Below the pieces are notes generated by a model. That model searched no databases and was not told the origin of the DNA. It worked only from the letters and a program-made list of their open reading frames with translations. Below, piece after piece: positions 61,815-64,000 of a stretch of 64,000 nucleotides of DNA (position 1 is the stretch's first letter; every line of letters begins with the position of its first letter). Origin of the DNA: Euglena gracilis (taxonomy: Eukaryota); assembly GCA_039621445.1 (NCBI GenBank), contig CP154954.1, forward strand, positions 30,756,395 to 30,820,394, written 5' to 3'. Both the position numbers and the translations under genes were made by a program.

Positions 61815-62078
61815 TTAGAAGGTATTTACAGAAATGTCAATGTTGTTTCGTTTGTTCCATAGCTTCCAGTCTTGTTGGATGTAACCAACAAAACTAGTTG
61901 CTGGTTCCCAAGTGTCCTCTTCGGGACCATATCCTTTCCACCGTACTTTCCAGTAATGTACACCTCTGTCTATTTTGTGGTCGAGGATTTTGTCAACGAC
62001 AAAATCATCTGTTTCAGGCAGTTTTGACCGTGGTTTGAAGTAGAGACAGGGTATGGCTTTACCGTTTGGTGGAGTCAG
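61815..62078 (-). pseudogene. Chromodomain-encoding fragment (probable C-terminus of a chromovirus integrase)
   Basis: Hand translation: [40 protein letters not shown]...NTF*. No start codon, so it is absent from the ORF track. Confidence 0.85.
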
Positions 62079-64000
62079 CCAAAATTTTCCTCACCATTTT
62101 CGGCCGATTTTGGCTGGATTTTGGGTTGGTGGGAGGGTGGTTGACTCCCCGGGGGGGTCGTGGGCACCTGGGTTTTTGAAAAAAGTGGGTGGGTGGGTTT
62201 GGGCCAGGGAAAAAGCCCCCCCGGTTTTATATTTGGGCGGAAATTTCAAGACCCCGAGGGGGGGTTTTATATTTGGGGGGGTTTTATATTTGGTCGGAAA
62301 AATCAACTTCCCGGCGGGCTCCGGTAGTCACTTTTTTGGTCCAAAATCACAAATATGCCCACCCTTGGGGGTGGGCATATTTGTCCCCAAATATGCCCAC
62401 CCCCAAAAACTTCATTTTTCGGGTGAAGGAGCAATTTTGACATTTTTTGGTAAAAATTGTTCCCAATTCTGCCAAAAAATCACAATTTCGGGAGAGAATT
62501 GTCGAAAAATTTTCCTTCCGGCGCTTTGCGCCGGAGGGGGGGGTTATATTTGGGCGGGATTTCAAGGTCCTCAGGGGGGGTTTTATATTTGGGGGGGTTT
62601 TGTATTTGGGGGGGGGGGTTATATTTGGGGGGGTTATGTTCATCACAAAGACGATGCGTTCCCACATATTGCACATGTTTGTCCTGCCTCATTTTTCTTG
62701 CCTCTGAAGTGAGAGGAGGTGCAATGTGCCTGAAATGACATCTTTGGAGCAAAGGCAGGGCAGTCCATAAGGGATGGGAAGTTTTTTTTTCCCTCAAGGA
62801 CCACCCCTTGAGGACCGCCCTTAGGCCAAAGGGATGGCCAACTCTTTGGATATGATGCTGTTCAACAAGTGGGAAGAATTCTGTGACATTTGGCATTTGA
62901 ATGTTTCAGAGAAGCCTTTTCTTTGTAAGTTGTTGGGATGAACACCATAAAATGGCTGAAAGTGCCAAAAATTCTGTTTACAAATGGCAACAGCCCCCAA
63001 AAACGGCCACAGATTGCCCAAAATGACCAAATTGATGGAAATGTCTAAGAGTTTGACAAACAGCTGATTAGTGCTCAATTTTTTTTGGTCAAAGATGACC
63101 AAAGGTGGCCAAAAGTGACCAAAATTGCCGAAAATGCCCCAAAATCATGGCAAAAGTGGCCAAAAATGCCAGAATGGCCAAAAATGACCAAAACAGCCAA
63201 AAACGGCCCCACACCCCTGCTAAAACCCTCAAAATTTTTTGAGTCAACCCTGAGACCCAAAAATTCTGCAGAATTTTTGCTGCCAATTTCGACATCTAAG
63301 TCCGGTCCGTCTAGTCAAACTTTTTGTTGGCAATTCCCGCAGCCCAAGTAAGCGGGGGGGGGGGTGGCTGGTTTTTTTTGTGGTTTTGTTTTGGTGGCAG
63401 ACCCCCCCCATGCCACACCCACTCTCCCAAACTCTGCCCCTTCTTGCGCCAAAGGTGCTGGAATTTTTTGGGGCTTTTGGTCCCAAAAATTGATTGATAT
63501 TGATGCATTTTGTCCCGAGTAGCCAGGAAGTGGGGGGGAGAATGCAGGAAGTGGATGGTGGAAAGTGACCCCCTTCCCCCCGGGCAGGGCAGAACGGGAA
63601 TTGGCCGAACAGCCAGGGTGGTGGGTGGGGGGTCGACCCCCCCCCCCACCACCCCTTCCCGTATTTCCGGGAACACCAATTTTTGGACCCGAAAAATTTT
63701 TCCGGGCAAAAACCACCCAAAACCCCATTTTTTCACACCTTCCAAAAAAATCAACATTTTCTCAAAATGTTGATTTTGAGAGGTTTTTGAAGCAAAAAAT
63801 GCCATTGAAAGTCCAAAAAATATCAACGAGAAAAAATGTCAGTAAAATTTGACTGTGCCAAAATTTTGTCCACTTTTTTTGACCTTCGTTTTTTTCACCC
63901 CCTCCCCACCCTAAAAAGTAGCACATTTTCCCGAAATCGGTGAAAATGCTCTGGTGGGTGGGTCGACCCCCCCCCACCTCCGGGCCGGGTCGGGGGTCGA

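Overview
Eukaryotic, almost certainly euglenid (Euglenozoa) nuclear DNA. Two lines of evidence support this: a Euglena-type spliced-leader sequence at 23904-23928 (-), and a gene with non-GT-AG, stem-forming introns. 1-27.3 kb is a nest of retrotransposons. It holds five CRE/SLACS-like RLE non-LTR copies. One is apparently full length (15186-23930, -): it starts with a spliced-leader relic and encodes 2A (StopGo) peptides and a Dam-like N6-adenine methyltransferase ahead of RT-RLE. The nest also holds a 3'-truncated Gypsy element with a C5-cytosine methyltransferase between the gag zinc knuckle and the protease, and a non-coding TRIM-like LTR element with an ATTC target-site duplication. 29142-52725 (+) is a 14-exon MAP kinase gene (about 482 aa, TNY activation motif) reconstructed by hand; all 13 introns are non-conventional. 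53-64 kb holds DIRS-type elements (RT-RH-MT, almost CpG-free), a chromodomain fragment and dispersed repeats. All alignments, foldings and counts were done by eye.
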